Source: Myxococcota bacterium (GTDB taxonomy: Bacteria; Myxococcota_A; UBA796; CAJQPC01). Taken from it: 64,000 nt of DNA. The stretch spans positions 160,001 to 224,000 of the forward strand of contig JAZAMN010000011.1 of NCBI GenBank assembly GCA_036229005.1, given 5' to 3'. The number at the start of each line of letters is the position of its first letter. Positions within the stretch are counted from its first letter, which is position 1. Positions 16,551-26,966 of the stretch are shown here, piece by piece. Made by a program: the position numbers and the translations under genes. The notes beneath the pieces are model-generated. The model was given only the letters and a program-made list of their open reading frames with translations, was not told the DNA's origin and did not search any database.

Positions 16551-16577
16551 AATCCCCGGGCACAAGGCCCGGGGATT
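16551..16577 (-). terminator. Terminator-like hairpin after tuf
   Basis: 11-bp perfect stem AATCCCCGGGC / GCCCGGGGATT with a 5-nt loop. Confidence 0.65.
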
Positions 16578-16611
16578 CGAATTTTGGTCTCTCAGAAGAG
16601 AAGACCTGAGA

Positions 16612-17802
<1,191 letters not shown>

Positions 17803-17872
17803 AATGGCACCTCCGAGAAAAAAGGGCGGCCCTGTAAATGGCTCGCCGGGTCGATCACGTTCTAGAAAAAAA

Positions 17873-17947
17873 TGGAGCCGACGATGGGATTTGAACCCAT
17901 GACCTCCTCCTTACCAAGGAGGTGCTCTGCCCCTGAGCTACGTCGGC
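17873..17947 (-). tRNA. tRNA-Thr(GGU)
   Basis: Cloverleaf GCCGACG...GGT anticodon...GGTTCAAATCC...CCA encoded. Confidence 0.96.
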
Positions 17948-17957
17948 AAAAGTGACA

Positions 17958-18033
17958 TGGAGCGGGAAACGGGGTTCGAACCCGCGACCCTCAGCTTGGA
18001 AGGCTGATGCTCTACCAACTGAGCTATTCCCGC
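17958..18033 (-). tRNA. tRNA-Gly(UCC)
   Basis: GCGGGAA...TCC anticodon...GGTTCGAACCC...CCA. Confidence 0.97.
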
Positions 18034-18080
18034 GTCATGTCAGGTTTCCTGTCAAGCAAATGAATGAAAGACAGGACATA

Positions 18081-18165
18081 TGGTGGGGAGTGGTGGATTC
18101 GAACCACCGTAGGCAGAGCCGACAGGTTTACAGCCTGTTCCCTTTAACCACTCGGGCAACTCCCC
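18081..18165 (-). tRNA. tRNA-Tyr(GUA)
   Basis: GGGGAGT...GTA anticodon, long variable arm, GGTTCGAATCC, CCA. Confidence 0.97.
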
Positions 18166-18209
18166 ATATGTGAACAAAGAACAACCTGCCAAGAGCAGGG
18201 TAACCACGC

Positions 18210-18285
18210 TGGTGCTGACGGTGGGAATCGAACCCGCAACCTGCGGTTTACAAGACCGCTGCTCTTCCAGTTGAGCTACGCCAGC
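18210..18285 (-). tRNA. tRNA-Thr(UGU)
   Basis: GCTGGCG...TGT anticodon...GGTTCGATTCC...CCA; Thr-Tyr-Gly-Thr-tuf arrangement. Confidence 0.96.
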
Positions 18286-18333
18286 GTGGCTGCCCTTCAC
18301 CCTTCCGGTCTCCCGGGGGGCAAGGTGGCCCGC

Positions 18334-18362
18334 TATTTAGTCCTCCCCCGGAAGCCTGTCAA
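18334..18362 (-). promoter_or_regulatory. Putative sigma70 promoter of the tRNA-tuf operon
   Basis: TTGACA-17 nt-TAAATA followed by a GC-rich stretch, about 50 nt upstream of tRNA-Thr. Confidence 0.55.
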
Positions 18363-19483
18363 GGAGACTCCGGATCATCCTTCAGAAATGGATCGTCTTC
18401 GCCGTCCAGAGGTCCCCAGATCTGCTCCGGGAGCGCATCGAGAAGGCTCAACTCGATCAAACGAATGTGCTCGATCTCCGTGCCATCTCGGCTCAGGATG
18501 ACCTCGAAGGGCACCACAAGACCGGTGTCGAGTTCCCGCCAGTCAGAAAAGTTGTAGCGCACATCTCCTGCGTCACTTCGGAAGCTCACCTGCGTGATGG
18601 TCCAGCGTTCCGCATCGATCAGGAGCTGAAAACTCTCCCCCGTGGCCTCCCGGATGGTCTCCAGGCGGTAGACCTGACGGCCTTCGTGCTCTTCCAAGCC
18701 CTCCACCCGGAGCGCGTCGAAGGCGGGATCGTCTGCGACGCGCTGCGCGAAGCCCAGGGGCCAGAAGAGCACCGCATCCGGCCCAAAGTCCGCGAGGACC
18801 TCTCGGGTCTTCTCCGGATCGCGCTCCAGGACACCGGACTCCTCGGTGTAGACCCAGGCCTCCTCGCCGCGGACGAGCATGGTGGCGTCCACTCCAGGGC
18901 CGTCGATGTGCTGGATCCGCAGGCGCTGATCCCCAGCTTCCCAGGCCAGGTCGTGCCTCGCTTGCACCCGGCCTGCAGGGGTGTCCAAGGACCGCTCGTA
19001 TCGGAAGGTGAGGGCTTCTGCGTCGGCGAGCCGGGCCTCCCCTCCCCCTTCTCCTCCCAGGGCCCTGACAGCGTGGGCGAGGATCTCCTGGGTCGTAGGG
19101 AGGGGCTCCTGGGGCGTCTCAACGGCGACCGCACCGGGGTCCAGCGAACTGCCGGTCCACCCCTGTGCGCGGGCGTTCAGGCGTCGACCGCCCGTCTCAT
19201 CCCCCTCATAGACGGTAATGCCCTGGCCACTGTCCTGGGCAAGCTGGGCGGCGGCTTGCTGGGCCGCGTCGAGCTCGGTGAAGCCCTCGGCGACCACCAG
19301 GTATTCCCAGCCGGAGCCATGCTCGTAGCGTCGGACCACGCGGGCGTTGATGCCCGACTCCTGGGCGAGCTGCTGGATCTCAAGGGCCTCCGCGCGTGTC
19401 GGGAGCGGAGGCGACTCCAGGTAGTAGCCTTCATCCGCCAGGGCCACGGACGCCATCAACGCCAAGGCAAGCAGGGTCACCAT
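18359..19483 (-). CDS. Exported protein: N-terminal SPOR-like domain plus LolA-like beta-rich domain
   Basis: Short signal peptide (MVTLLALALMASVALA); YLVVAEGF...AQQAAAQL SPOR-like pattern; C-terminal LLIDAERW...FSDWRE...VPFEV resembles lipoprotein-sorting folds. Confidence 0.6.
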   Translation of the reverse strand: MVTLLALALMASVALADEGYYLESPPLPTRAEALEIQQLAQESGINARVVRRYEHGSGWEYLVVAEGFTELDAAQQAAAQLAQDSGQGITVYEGDETGGRRLNARAQGWTGSSLDPGAVAVETPQEPLPTTQEILAHAVRALGGEGGGEARLADAEALTFRYERSLDTPAGRVQARHDLAWEAGDQRLRIQHIDGPGVDATMLVRGEEAWVYTEESGVLERDPEKTREVLADFGPDAVLFWPLGFAQRVADDPAFDALRVEGLEEHEGRQVYRLETIREATGESFQLLIDAERWTITQVSFRSDAGDVRYNFSDWRELDTGLVVPFEVILSRDGTEIEHIRLIELSLLDALPEQIWGPLDGEDDPFLKDDPESP

Positions 19484-20217
19484 TCCGCCACGACCTCCTG
19501 AGCGAGGGCCCGGAGACCTGGATCGGGCTCCTGAGCCGCCCAGGCACGCAGGCGCTGGGCATCCGATGGGATAGCCCGAGCGTCGATCGCCATCCACGCG
19601 GCCCTCCGGACACTGGTGTCCTCGTCTTGGGCGAGATCGGCCAGCGCAGCGTCGACCAGGTCCCCCTCCATGTCCGAGAGGTGGGCACAGAGCCAGCGGC
19701 GGACCTCAGCCTCTGGGGCCCCCGAGAGCATGAGCAAGTTGGCGTGGTCCCGAGCGAGCAGGGCCAGGCGGGTATCGACCTCTGCGCGACACTCCTGAGA
19801 GAGGGGCTGCTCTCGCGCCAAGACCAATACGCGCGCGGCGTTCTCGAAGCGCTGCATGCGGAGGATCTCCAGCGCCGCCAGGCAGTGTTGGGTCCCCTCC
19901 CCGGCTGGTCGGTTGGACTGAGCGAAGAGGATCGGAGCCCCCCGGAGATCCCCGCTCACCACCAGCGCCCGCATGGCCGAACGTCGCCCTTCGGGGTTGT
20001 CGGGCTCGGCGAGGACACCCTCAAGGAAACGCAGATCCGCTTCGCTGAGGTGCTCGAGGTCCATGACCCGACCGGTGTCTTCCTGGGGAGCAGGCGCGGG
20101 CTCGGTGGGCTTGTCCGGTAGCGACTCGGGGGCCGCAAACCAGAAGACCAGTGCCATGACGAGCACGAGGCCGCCAGAGAGGACCGCGGTCCCGATCCAG
20201 GCCCGCTCGGTGCTCAC
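19477..20217 (-). CDS. Membrane-anchored HEAT-repeat protein
   Basis: GTGA start/stop overlap with the upstream gene; N-terminal TM helix; LAQDEDTSVRRAA and EPDPGLRALA HEAT-like motifs. Confidence 0.65.
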   Translation of the reverse strand: MSTERAWIGTAVLSGGLVLVMALVFWFAAPESLPDKPTEPAPAPQEDTGRVMDLEHLSEADLRFLEGVLAEPDNPEGRRSAMRALVVSGDLRGAPILFAQSNRPAGEGTQHCLAALEILRMQRFENAARVLVLAREQPLSQECRAEVDTRLALLARDHANLLMLSGAPEAEVRRWLCAHLSDMEGDLVDAALADLAQDEDTSVRRAAWMAIDARAIPSDAQRLRAWAAQEPDPGLRALAQEVVAEW

Positions 20218-21200
20218 TGGGGGACCCCGAGCATGGTGTCCATCTCGATCGGGACGGGCATGAAGCTCAGGATGAAGGCGATCCCCACCAGCGCGGCGAC
20301 CCACCTGGCGCGAGGGGTCAGCGGGGGCTCGGCGGGCACCTCGAGGTTCTTGTAGCCCCGGAAGAAGAAGAGCAGGAGGCCCCATACGGCCCAAGGGGTC
20401 CAGAGGACACCGGCGGCGATGGCGACGCCGAGCAGCAGCTTTGAGACCTTGGGCGCCGCCTTGGGCCAGAGACCCGAAAGGATGTGTCCGCCGTCCAGTT
20501 GGCCGATCGGCAAGAGGTTCATCGCGGTCAACAGGCACCCTACCCAGCCGGCCAGGGCCATCGGGGTGAGCTGATCGAAGCGACCAGGGGCCGCGCCGAG
20601 GATCAGCTTGCCGAGGAGATCCATGAGCAGAGGGTTCGCGAAGATGAGGACCTCGACGTGGCCGTCGGGGACGGTGGGGAAGAGGTGCTCCCAGAGGGGG
20701 GCCAGGAAGCTGAGGGTCTCCGGAAGGAGCACGGGCTCGGGAGGGATGGGCGGGAGCGGAGGTGGCTGAGCCTCTTGGGTGCCAGGCAATCCAACGGCCA
20801 TTGCGAGGGCTGCGACGACGAAGCCCGCCAACGGACCCGCGGCGCCCATCTCCAGGAGGGCCGTTCGACTCTTGGGGAGTGACCGGAGGCGAATGACCGC
20901 CCCGAAGGTCCCGAAGGCCGCCGGGAAGGGGATGAAGTACGGCAATGACAGCGCGAAGCCGTGGCGACGGGCGACGACCCAGTGGCCCATCTCGTGCGCG
21001 AGCAGGATCGACATGAGGGTCACGGCGAACGCAGCGGCGTCCTTGGCAGCGCCGGCGTCACGCAGCGGGTTGCCCCCGGTCCAGAGGAAGCCGTAGACCA
21101 GATAGACCGAGAGCAGCGTCGCCAGGAACAACCCGACGCTGGTTCGGGTCTCCCGACGCTGCTGCTCAGCGCTCTCAGTGAGTTGGACCGCCCCGCTCAG
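20214..21200 (-). CDS. Site-2 protease family (M50) intramembrane metalloprotease
   Basis: HEMGH, GTFGAVI, AGPLAG, NLLPIGQLDGGH; start uncertain (CTG 21200 or TTG 21131). Confidence 0.92.
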   Translation of the reverse strand: MSGAVQLTESAEQQRRETRTSVGLFLATLLSVYLVYGFLWTGGNPLRDAGAAKDAAAFAVTLMSILLAHEMGHWVVARRHGFALSLPYFIPFPAAFGTFGAVIRLRSLPKSRTALLEMGAAGPLAGFVVAALAMAVGLPGTQEAQPPPLPPIPPEPVLLPETLSFLAPLWEHLFPTVPDGHVEVLIFANPLLMDLLGKLILGAAPGRFDQLTPMALAGWVGCLLTAMNLLPIGQLDGGHILSGLWPKAAPKVSKLLLGVAIAAGVLWTPWAVWGLLLFFFRGYKNLEVPAEPPLTPRARWVAALVGIAFILSFMPVPIEMDTMLGVPQ

Positions 21201-23938
21201 TCGTTCTCCAGCGCGTCGAGGGCGGCCTGCTCGACCTGCTGTACCTGCAGCTCGTAGGAGCCCTGGTCTCCACCGCCCGAGACGATGATCACGTACTGCT
21301 CGCCGCCGACGAGGCTGGCCGTGAGGGTGGCCTCCTCCCCGCTCGCTCCGCTGCGGCCACCGAGGTTGTAGCGCGGGGAGTAGGTGAAGTCGTCGTTGTC
21401 GTCCCGCTCGTCGAGATCGAAGATGCTGGTGTCCACGCTGGCCTCACCGCCCGATTTGCAGGCGACGGTCCACAATTGGTCCAGGAAGCTGGCCGGCTCC
21501 AGCTCGTCCTCGTTCGCGACCCCATCCAGCTCGTAGTCGTCTCCACAGCCAAGCTCGGCGGTGGTTTCGGCGCAGAAGTCCTCCGCCATCTCCTCCTCGG
21601 TGAAGGCGACCGAAGAGGTGAAGAGCTGGTAGTACTGGTAGCTCAGGACGGTGTTGGGGAAGGCCCAGCTCTCGCTGCTCTCGGCGCAGGTTCCGGAGTT
21701 CCAGTCGGCGGGGAGGACGCCGGAGAGCGCCTCGGCCGGGAGGATGGCCAGCCAGGGGTCGTAGGGGGCCTCGTCACCCGAGCTGTTCTCGAAGCGCCGG
21801 TCCAGTTGGACGACAACGGGGACCACCTGGCCAGTGGGCCGCGCGCTCAGGTCGAGGAGCCAACGGTCGGTGTCCTCGACATCCTTGCCCACGGTGTCGT
21901 CGTCTTCGATCACGCGGGTGGAGAAGCTCTCGCTGATCTCACCCATTCCGTAGACGGGGCTGCCATCCTGGGGGAGCTCAGGGATGGGGACGAGGTTGGA
22001 CTGGTCCAGCGCGGAGAAGACGCGCTCGATCTCGATGTCCTCGCCGCTGCCTGGCCAGCGGACGACGGCGCCGGAGAGGGTGCCCTCGGTGTCGATCTCG
22101 AGGGCAGCCCGCTCGAGGTTGAGCCGGGAGAGGCGGACGACGTGGACGCCGTAGGACCCCGCCGTGTAGCCGTGGAAGTCGAAGTCGGGCACGAAGGTGT
22201 GGAAGTCCGGGCCGGCGGTGCGCACGCCCTTGCTGTCGGCCTCGGTCGGGCTCGCCGTGGTGCCGGCGGTGAAGAACTGGTTCAGCCCCCGGACGTTGAA
22301 CCCGGTCTGGTAGCCGTTGGCTCCGTAGTACACGCCAGGGGTGGGCGTGGAGGGCGCGACATCGGGCGCCGAGAGCTGCGCGGAGGCGGCGTAGGGGGTC
22401 CAGACGGCGGAGTCGACGAGCTCACTGCCGTCTTCGGCCTCGACGCCAGTGGTCAGCAGGGCGATCTGCCAAGCCAGGACCAGATCGCCGAAGGTCCACT
22501 CTTCGCCAGAGACCGTGCTCACGGCCGTTGCGACGTTCTCCTCGGAGCTCTCCCCCAGGGAGCCCGCGTCCAGTTGGACGATCTCCGAGAGCACGCCCAC
22601 GCCGAAGGCATCGACCAGCCAGCGGCCGAAGAGGTACTGGGCGCCGCGGGGGTCGGTCGCGATGATGCCGTCGTCCTCGTAGGAGGAGAGGCTGTAGAGG
22701 TAGGGGGCGTCCAGGTACTTCCAGGCGTCGTCGTAGTAGACGGCGCCGAAGCCCACCGAGTCCGCGGCGGCGGTGCCCAGGGTCTCGATGAGCCAGGTGT
22801 CCTCCATGGAGGATTCGGCCTCGAGCACCCGGTAGTTGTAGAGGGCGAGGTTGGTGTAGGAGCGCGCGATCTCAGCAGCGAGGGTCATCTCCGTGTAGGA
22901 CTCGACCGTGGCGGTGTAGTAGCTGTTGAAGAAGCCATAGGGGTCGGGCGCGAAGACGAAGATCACCTCCTGCTCGTTGGAGCCGGGGTTGGCGGTGGCG
23001 TCGTAGTCGGCGAGGTCGACCTCGGGGTTGGCGTAGCTGGGCACGACCTGGGTGAAGTCGTCTTCGTCCGAGGACCCTAGCGGCAGCTTGTTCAGCCAGG
23101 GGCTGATGACGACCGAGACGAGGCCATCACCGTTGAGATCGCTGGGCTCCCCCATCGTCGCGTTGATGTTGGCGAAGATGTTGGTGTCCACGATGTTCGC
23201 GACGTCCTGCAGGTCGCAGTTGTCCAGGCCATAGGAGCCGCGGGGGTCTACCTCGTCCAGGGTGCCGTCACAGCCCTGATCCCAGTCGATGGCGACGTCG
23301 TCGTCCACCCAGATGGCGACCGAGTCACCCAAGCCCCAGAGGGTCGCGGTGATCTTGGCGTAGCTGCCGCTGTCCTCGAAGTCGTTGCGGACCCGGAAGG
23401 ACTGGCGCGAGACGCCGACCTCGTAGGCGGCTGGGGGCGCGACCGGCTCGCTGAGAGGCTGCCACCCCGCTGCGGGACGCTGGAGCTTGGCCGGGGCCTG
23501 CTGAGGACCGCTGGGGATGCGGATGCCGCCGGGGCCGCCGGTGTCACCGCCCAGTTGGCTCGCGTCGCTGTAGCGCAGCGTGTAGCCGGCATCGCCCTCG
23601 CCGTTGTTGATCACGATGAGGAAGAAGTCCTGGTCCTGGTTGGAGTCCCCGCTGGCGTCGCTCAGGTCAACGTACTCGTCCTCCGAGGTGAAGGTCACCA
23701 GGTCACCAGGCTCATCGAGCTCACCGACGGGATCGGAGTCCGCATCCGTGTCGCTGTCAGCATCCCCGTCCGCATCGGCGTCCGTGTCGCTGTCAGCGTC
23801 CGTGTCGGTGTCGCTGTCCCCTTCCGTCTCACCGTTGGTGGTGTTGAAGCGATCGTCGCGCTCCACGCACCCTGCCGCCGCGAGGGCACCAAAGACCATG
23901 GCTGGCAGGACGAGTCGGCTGAAAGGAACAAGGCGCAT
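21197..23938 (-). CDS. Large acidic lipoprotein with a degenerate zincin (M30-like) peptidase domain
   Basis: Lipobox LAAAGC, DSDTDAD linker, SDLNGDG...SNEQEVIF...PDP...WLIE pattern of M30-like proteins but no HExxH. Confidence 0.65.
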   Translation of the reverse strand: MRLVPFSRLVLPAMVFGALAAAGCVERDDRFNTTNGETEGDSDTDTDADSDTDADADGDADSDTDADSDPVGELDEPGDLVTFTSEDEYVDLSDASGDSNQDQDFFLIVINNGEGDAGYTLRYSDASQLGGDTGGPGGIRIPSGPQQAPAKLQRPAAGWQPLSEPVAPPAAYEVGVSRQSFRVRNDFEDSGSYAKITATLWGLGDSVAIWVDDDVAIDWDQGCDGTLDEVDPRGSYGLDNCDLQDVANIVDTNIFANINATMGEPSDLNGDGLVSVVISPWLNKLPLGSSDEDDFTQVVPSYANPEVDLADYDATANPGSNEQEVIFVFAPDPYGFFNSYYTATVESYTEMTLAAEIARSYTNLALYNYRVLEAESSMEDTWLIETLGTAAADSVGFGAVYYDDAWKYLDAPYLYSLSSYEDDGIIATDPRGAQYLFGRWLVDAFGVGVLSEIVQLDAGSLGESSEENVATAVSTVSGEEWTFGDLVLAWQIALLTTGVEAEDGSELVDSAVWTPYAASAQLSAPDVAPSTPTPGVYYGANGYQTGFNVRGLNQFFTAGTTASPTEADSKGVRTAGPDFHTFVPDFDFHGYTAGSYGVHVVRLSRLNLERAALEIDTEGTLSGAVVRWPGSGEDIEIERVFSALDQSNLVPIPELPQDGSPVYGMGEISESFSTRVIEDDDTVGKDVEDTDRWLLDLSARPTGQVVPVVVQLDRRFENSSGDEAPYDPWLAILPAEALSGVLPADWNSGTCAESSESWAFPNTVLSYQYYQLFTSSVAFTEEEMAEDFCAETTAELGCGDDYELDGVANEDELEPASFLDQLWTVACKSGGEASVDTSIFDLDERDDNDDFTYSPRYNLGGRSGASGEEATLTASLVGGEQYVIIVSGGGDQGSYELQVQQVEQAALDALEND
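23718..23830 (-). repeat. Low-complexity D-S/T/A-D coding repeat (linker)
   Basis: Encodes GDSDTDTDADSDTDADADGDADSDTDADSD. Confidence 0.8.
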
Positions 23939-24129
23939 GGCGTCTCCGAACAGAGGACTGGCAGGGGCCCTCAGCCTCCAGTCTACACCTGGGTGGCGTT
24001 GGAACGCGAACCGTGGAGCCGCCGGGACCTTGACATCCACCAGTGACGCAGGCAGTTTTCGGTCTCGCAAGTGGGCCAGTTCAGCCCCAAATGCCCCACC
24101 GAGGGGCCCTCGCCACGGAGACCGGGCCC

Positions 24130-25809
24130 ATGATCGCCTCCATGTTGGTGCTGGCTGCGGCCTGCACAAAGGAAGCCCAGGACACCGCAGACCTGGCTCG
24201 ACCGGACCTGGTCTGCCCCGGCGACCAAGGGTGCAGCGACGCCGACGGTCCACTGATGGCAGGCGCATCCGCGGTGGAGATCACGCCGAGCTGCTTCGAG
24301 TCCTGGGAGGACCTGAGCGGAGACAAGCGCTGGTCGGCGACCAAGGACGCCTACTTTGACTGCGGCTGCGACCGCCTGTGCCCAGAGGACGAGGGCTACC
24401 CTGGCCCCGACGAGGGCGAGGGCGACGGCGAGTTCATCGCGATGTGGATGGGGGGCTTCTCCCAGGCCCACCCCGCACAAGGGGTACACGACCCCCTCTG
24501 GGCCCGCACCCTGGTGCTCGAGCGCGGGGAGACCCGGGTGGCGGTGGTGTCCGTGGATCTGGTGGGCTTCTTCAATGAGGACGTCGACAAGGTGCGCGCG
24601 ATGCTGGACGAGCAGGAGTTGGACATCGACTACCTTCTTGTCTCCGCCACCCACAACCACGAGGGCCCCGACACCATGGGCCTTTGGGGCAAGGCCTTCG
24701 GAAAGAGCGGCTACCAGGAGTTCTACTTGGAGCAGGTGCGCGCCGGCATCGTCAGCTCCATCCAGCAGGCGGTGCTGGAGTTGGAGGAGGTCGGAGAGAT
24801 CCGCGTGGGGAGCGTCGCGGCCGCCGACTACCACAGCGACGGAATCGCGAACGTCATCCGGGACACCCGCGATCCCGTCGTCATCCCCCAGGAGGTCGGG
24901 AGCCTCTGGCTGCAGGACCAGAGCGGCGAGACCATCGCCACCGTCGTGCACTGGGGCTGCCACCCCGAGACCCTCGCGGACGACAACCTGCTCCTCTCCT
25001 CGGACTTCGCGGACAGCCTCCGGAACACCGTCGAGCGCGGCAGCGAGTGGGACGCGTACCAGACCGAGGGGCTCGGCGGGGTCGCCATCTACCTTCAGGG
25101 GATGGTGGGCGGCATGATGACCACGCTCCGGATGGACGTGGAGACCCCCGATGGCGAGAACCTCGGGGACGCGGGCTACCCCAAGACCGAGGCCATCGGC
25201 ACGCTCCTCGGTGAGATGGCCATCGACGCCGCCCGAAACGGCGAGGTGGTCGACCTGGACAGCGCCCTGAGCGTCCGCGCCAGCGACGTGAAGATCCCCG
25301 TGGTCAATGACGCCTTCCAAGCGCTCTTCCTGATCGGCACGCTCCCCCGCGAGCTCTACGACTACGACGCGGACGAGCCCGTCACCGACGAGAACCAGCC
25401 CCGCGTGCTCACCGAGGTGAGCCTGATTCAGCTCGGTCCCCTGTCCCTGGCCACGGTGCCCGGAGAGCTGCTCCCCGAGGCGGCCCTGGGCGGCTACGAC
25501 GGCAGCCTGATCGGCTCGGAGCTCTACAGCCTGATCCAGGAGGGAAATGAGAACCCGCCTGACCTCGCTGGCGCCCCAGAGGCCCCCTACCTGATCGATG
25601 CGGTCCCCGGTTCCCAGCGGTGGATCGTCGGGCTGGGGAACGACGAGATCGGCTACATCATCCCCGCCTACAACTTCGAGCTGAACGCGGATCTGCCCTA
25701 CCTGGACGAGGCCCCCGGTCACCACTACGAGGAGACCAACTCCCTGGGCCCCGAGACGGAACCCATCCTGAACGAGGCTCTGCACGAGCTGTTGGAGTGG
25801 AGCCCCTGA
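24130..25809 (+). CDS. Lipoprotein, neutral/alkaline ceramidase-like hydrolase
   Basis: GVHDPLWARTL, SATHNHEGPD, WGCHPE, PGELLPE, GLGNDEIGY, HYEETNS motifs; lipobox LAAAC. Confidence 0.75.
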   Translation: MIASMLVLAAACTKEAQDTADLARPDLVCPGDQGCSDADGPLMAGASAVEITPSCFESWEDLSGDKRWSATKDAYFDCGCDRLCPEDEGYPGPDEGEGDGEFIAMWMGGFSQAHPAQGVHDPLWARTLVLERGETRVAVVSVDLVGFFNEDVDKVRAMLDEQELDIDYLLVSATHNHEGPDTMGLWGKAFGKSGYQEFYLEQVRAGIVSSIQQAVLELEEVGEIRVGSVAAADYHSDGIANVIRDTRDPVVIPQEVGSLWLQDQSGETIATVVHWGCHPETLADDNLLLSSDFADSLRNTVERGSEWDAYQTEGLGGVAIYLQGMVGGMMTTLRMDVETPDGENLGDAGYPKTEAIGTLLGEMAIDAARNGEVVDLDSALSVRASDVKIPVVNDAFQALFLIGTLPRELYDYDADEPVTDENQPRVLTEVSLIQLGPLSLATVPGELLPEAALGGYDGSLIGSELYSLIQEGNENPPDLAGAPEAPYLIDAVPGSQRWIVGLGNDEIGYIIPAYNFELNADLPYLDEAPGHHYEETNSLGPETEPILNEALHELLEWSP

Positions 25810-26904
25810 ATGGCTGACTACTACGTCATCCTGGGCGTCTCCCGGAGCGCCGATCTGTCGGCCATCCGAAAGGCCTTCAAGGACATCGCCCGCAAGCACC
25901 ACCCGGATCGCAACCCCGGGAACGCCGAGGCCGAGCGCATCTTCAAGGCGGCCAGCGCGGCCTATGCGGTGCTCGCGGACAACAAGAAGCGCGCCCTGTA
26001 CGACGAGTTCGGGGAGGAGGGCCTCGCGGTCGGCTTCAACGTGGAGCGTGCCCGCGCGCGGCGAGCGGCCAGCCAGGGGCGGGCGGCCTACGGGGGCGGC
26101 ATCTCCTTCAACGACATCCTCAGCGGGCGCTACAGCCCCAAGGATATCCCCGATCCGGAGCCTCCAAAGGACCGCTCGCAGGGACCATTCTACGACCACA
26201 AGCCGCGCAGCCAGGGGCCCTACTACGGCACCCCTCCCCAGCGCCCTGCCGGTGGCGGATACACCCCTCCCCCCCGTCCAACACCGCCGCCGCCTCCCCG
26301 CGCCCCGACGCACGGTGGACGCGTTCGAGCCCAGACCCAGCCGGCAGCCCAACCCCTGCGGACTTCGGTGACGGTGGATCCGATGACTGCGCTGCAAGGC
26401 GGGGAGACCCGGGTCCAGTTCATGAGGCCGACCCGGGTGGGCGGACTGGAGGAGGTCACCCTCCGGGTCACGATCCCCGCCAACACGCGGGACGGGGCCT
26501 CGATGCGCCTGCGAGGACAGGGTGGCTATGGCCGGGGAGCCTCTGGACCTCAGGATGTGCTGCTGGAGATCCGCGTGGACCGCGCAGGGCCCGTGCGCCA
26601 GGATGGCCGGAACATCGAGCTCGAGGTCCCCGTGACCCTGGGTGAGGCGCTGCTGGGCGGAAAGATCGAGGTGGACAGCCCGATGGGGCGCTTCCAGGTC
26701 CTCATCCCCAGCGGCTCGGACACCGGGACCCGGATTCGGGTGAGGGGTCGGGGTGCTCCCGGGCTTGGGTCCTCACCTCCTGGGGATCTCGTGCTGGTCA
26801 TCAAGCCCATGATGCCGGACCAGATCAGCGAGGACATGCTGGAGCTCGTCCGCAAGCTGGAGCAGTACTACACGCGCTCTCCGCGTGAGTCCTCCGAGGA
26901 CTGA
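25810..26904 (+). CDS. DnaJ-class co-chaperone without Zn finger (CbpA-like)
   Basis: DYYVILGV...HHPDRN J-domain, Pro-rich linker, DnaJ_C motifs (RLRGQG, EALLGG, GDL). Confidence 0.9.
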   Translation: MADYYVILGVSRSADLSAIRKAFKDIARKHHPDRNPGNAEAERIFKAASAAYAVLADNKKRALYDEFGEEGLAVGFNVERARARRAASQGRAAYGGGISFNDILSGRYSPKDIPDPEPPKDRSQGPFYDHKPRSQGPYYGTPPQRPAGGGYTPPPRPTPPPPPRAPTHGGRVRAQTQPAAQPLRTSVTVDPMTALQGGETRVQFMRPTRVGGLEEVTLRVTIPANTRDGASMRLRGQGGYGRGASGPQDVLLEIRVDRAGPVRQDGRNIELEVPVTLGEALLGGKIEVDSPMGRFQVLIPSGSDTGTRIRVRGRGAPGLGSSPPGDLVLVIKPMMPDQISEDMLELVRKLEQYYTRSPRESSED

Positions 26905-26966
26905 CCAAGCTCCTTGACATCGGGCGACACACAATCGTAAAAGGCGGGCCCTCAGGAGGCCCCCCG

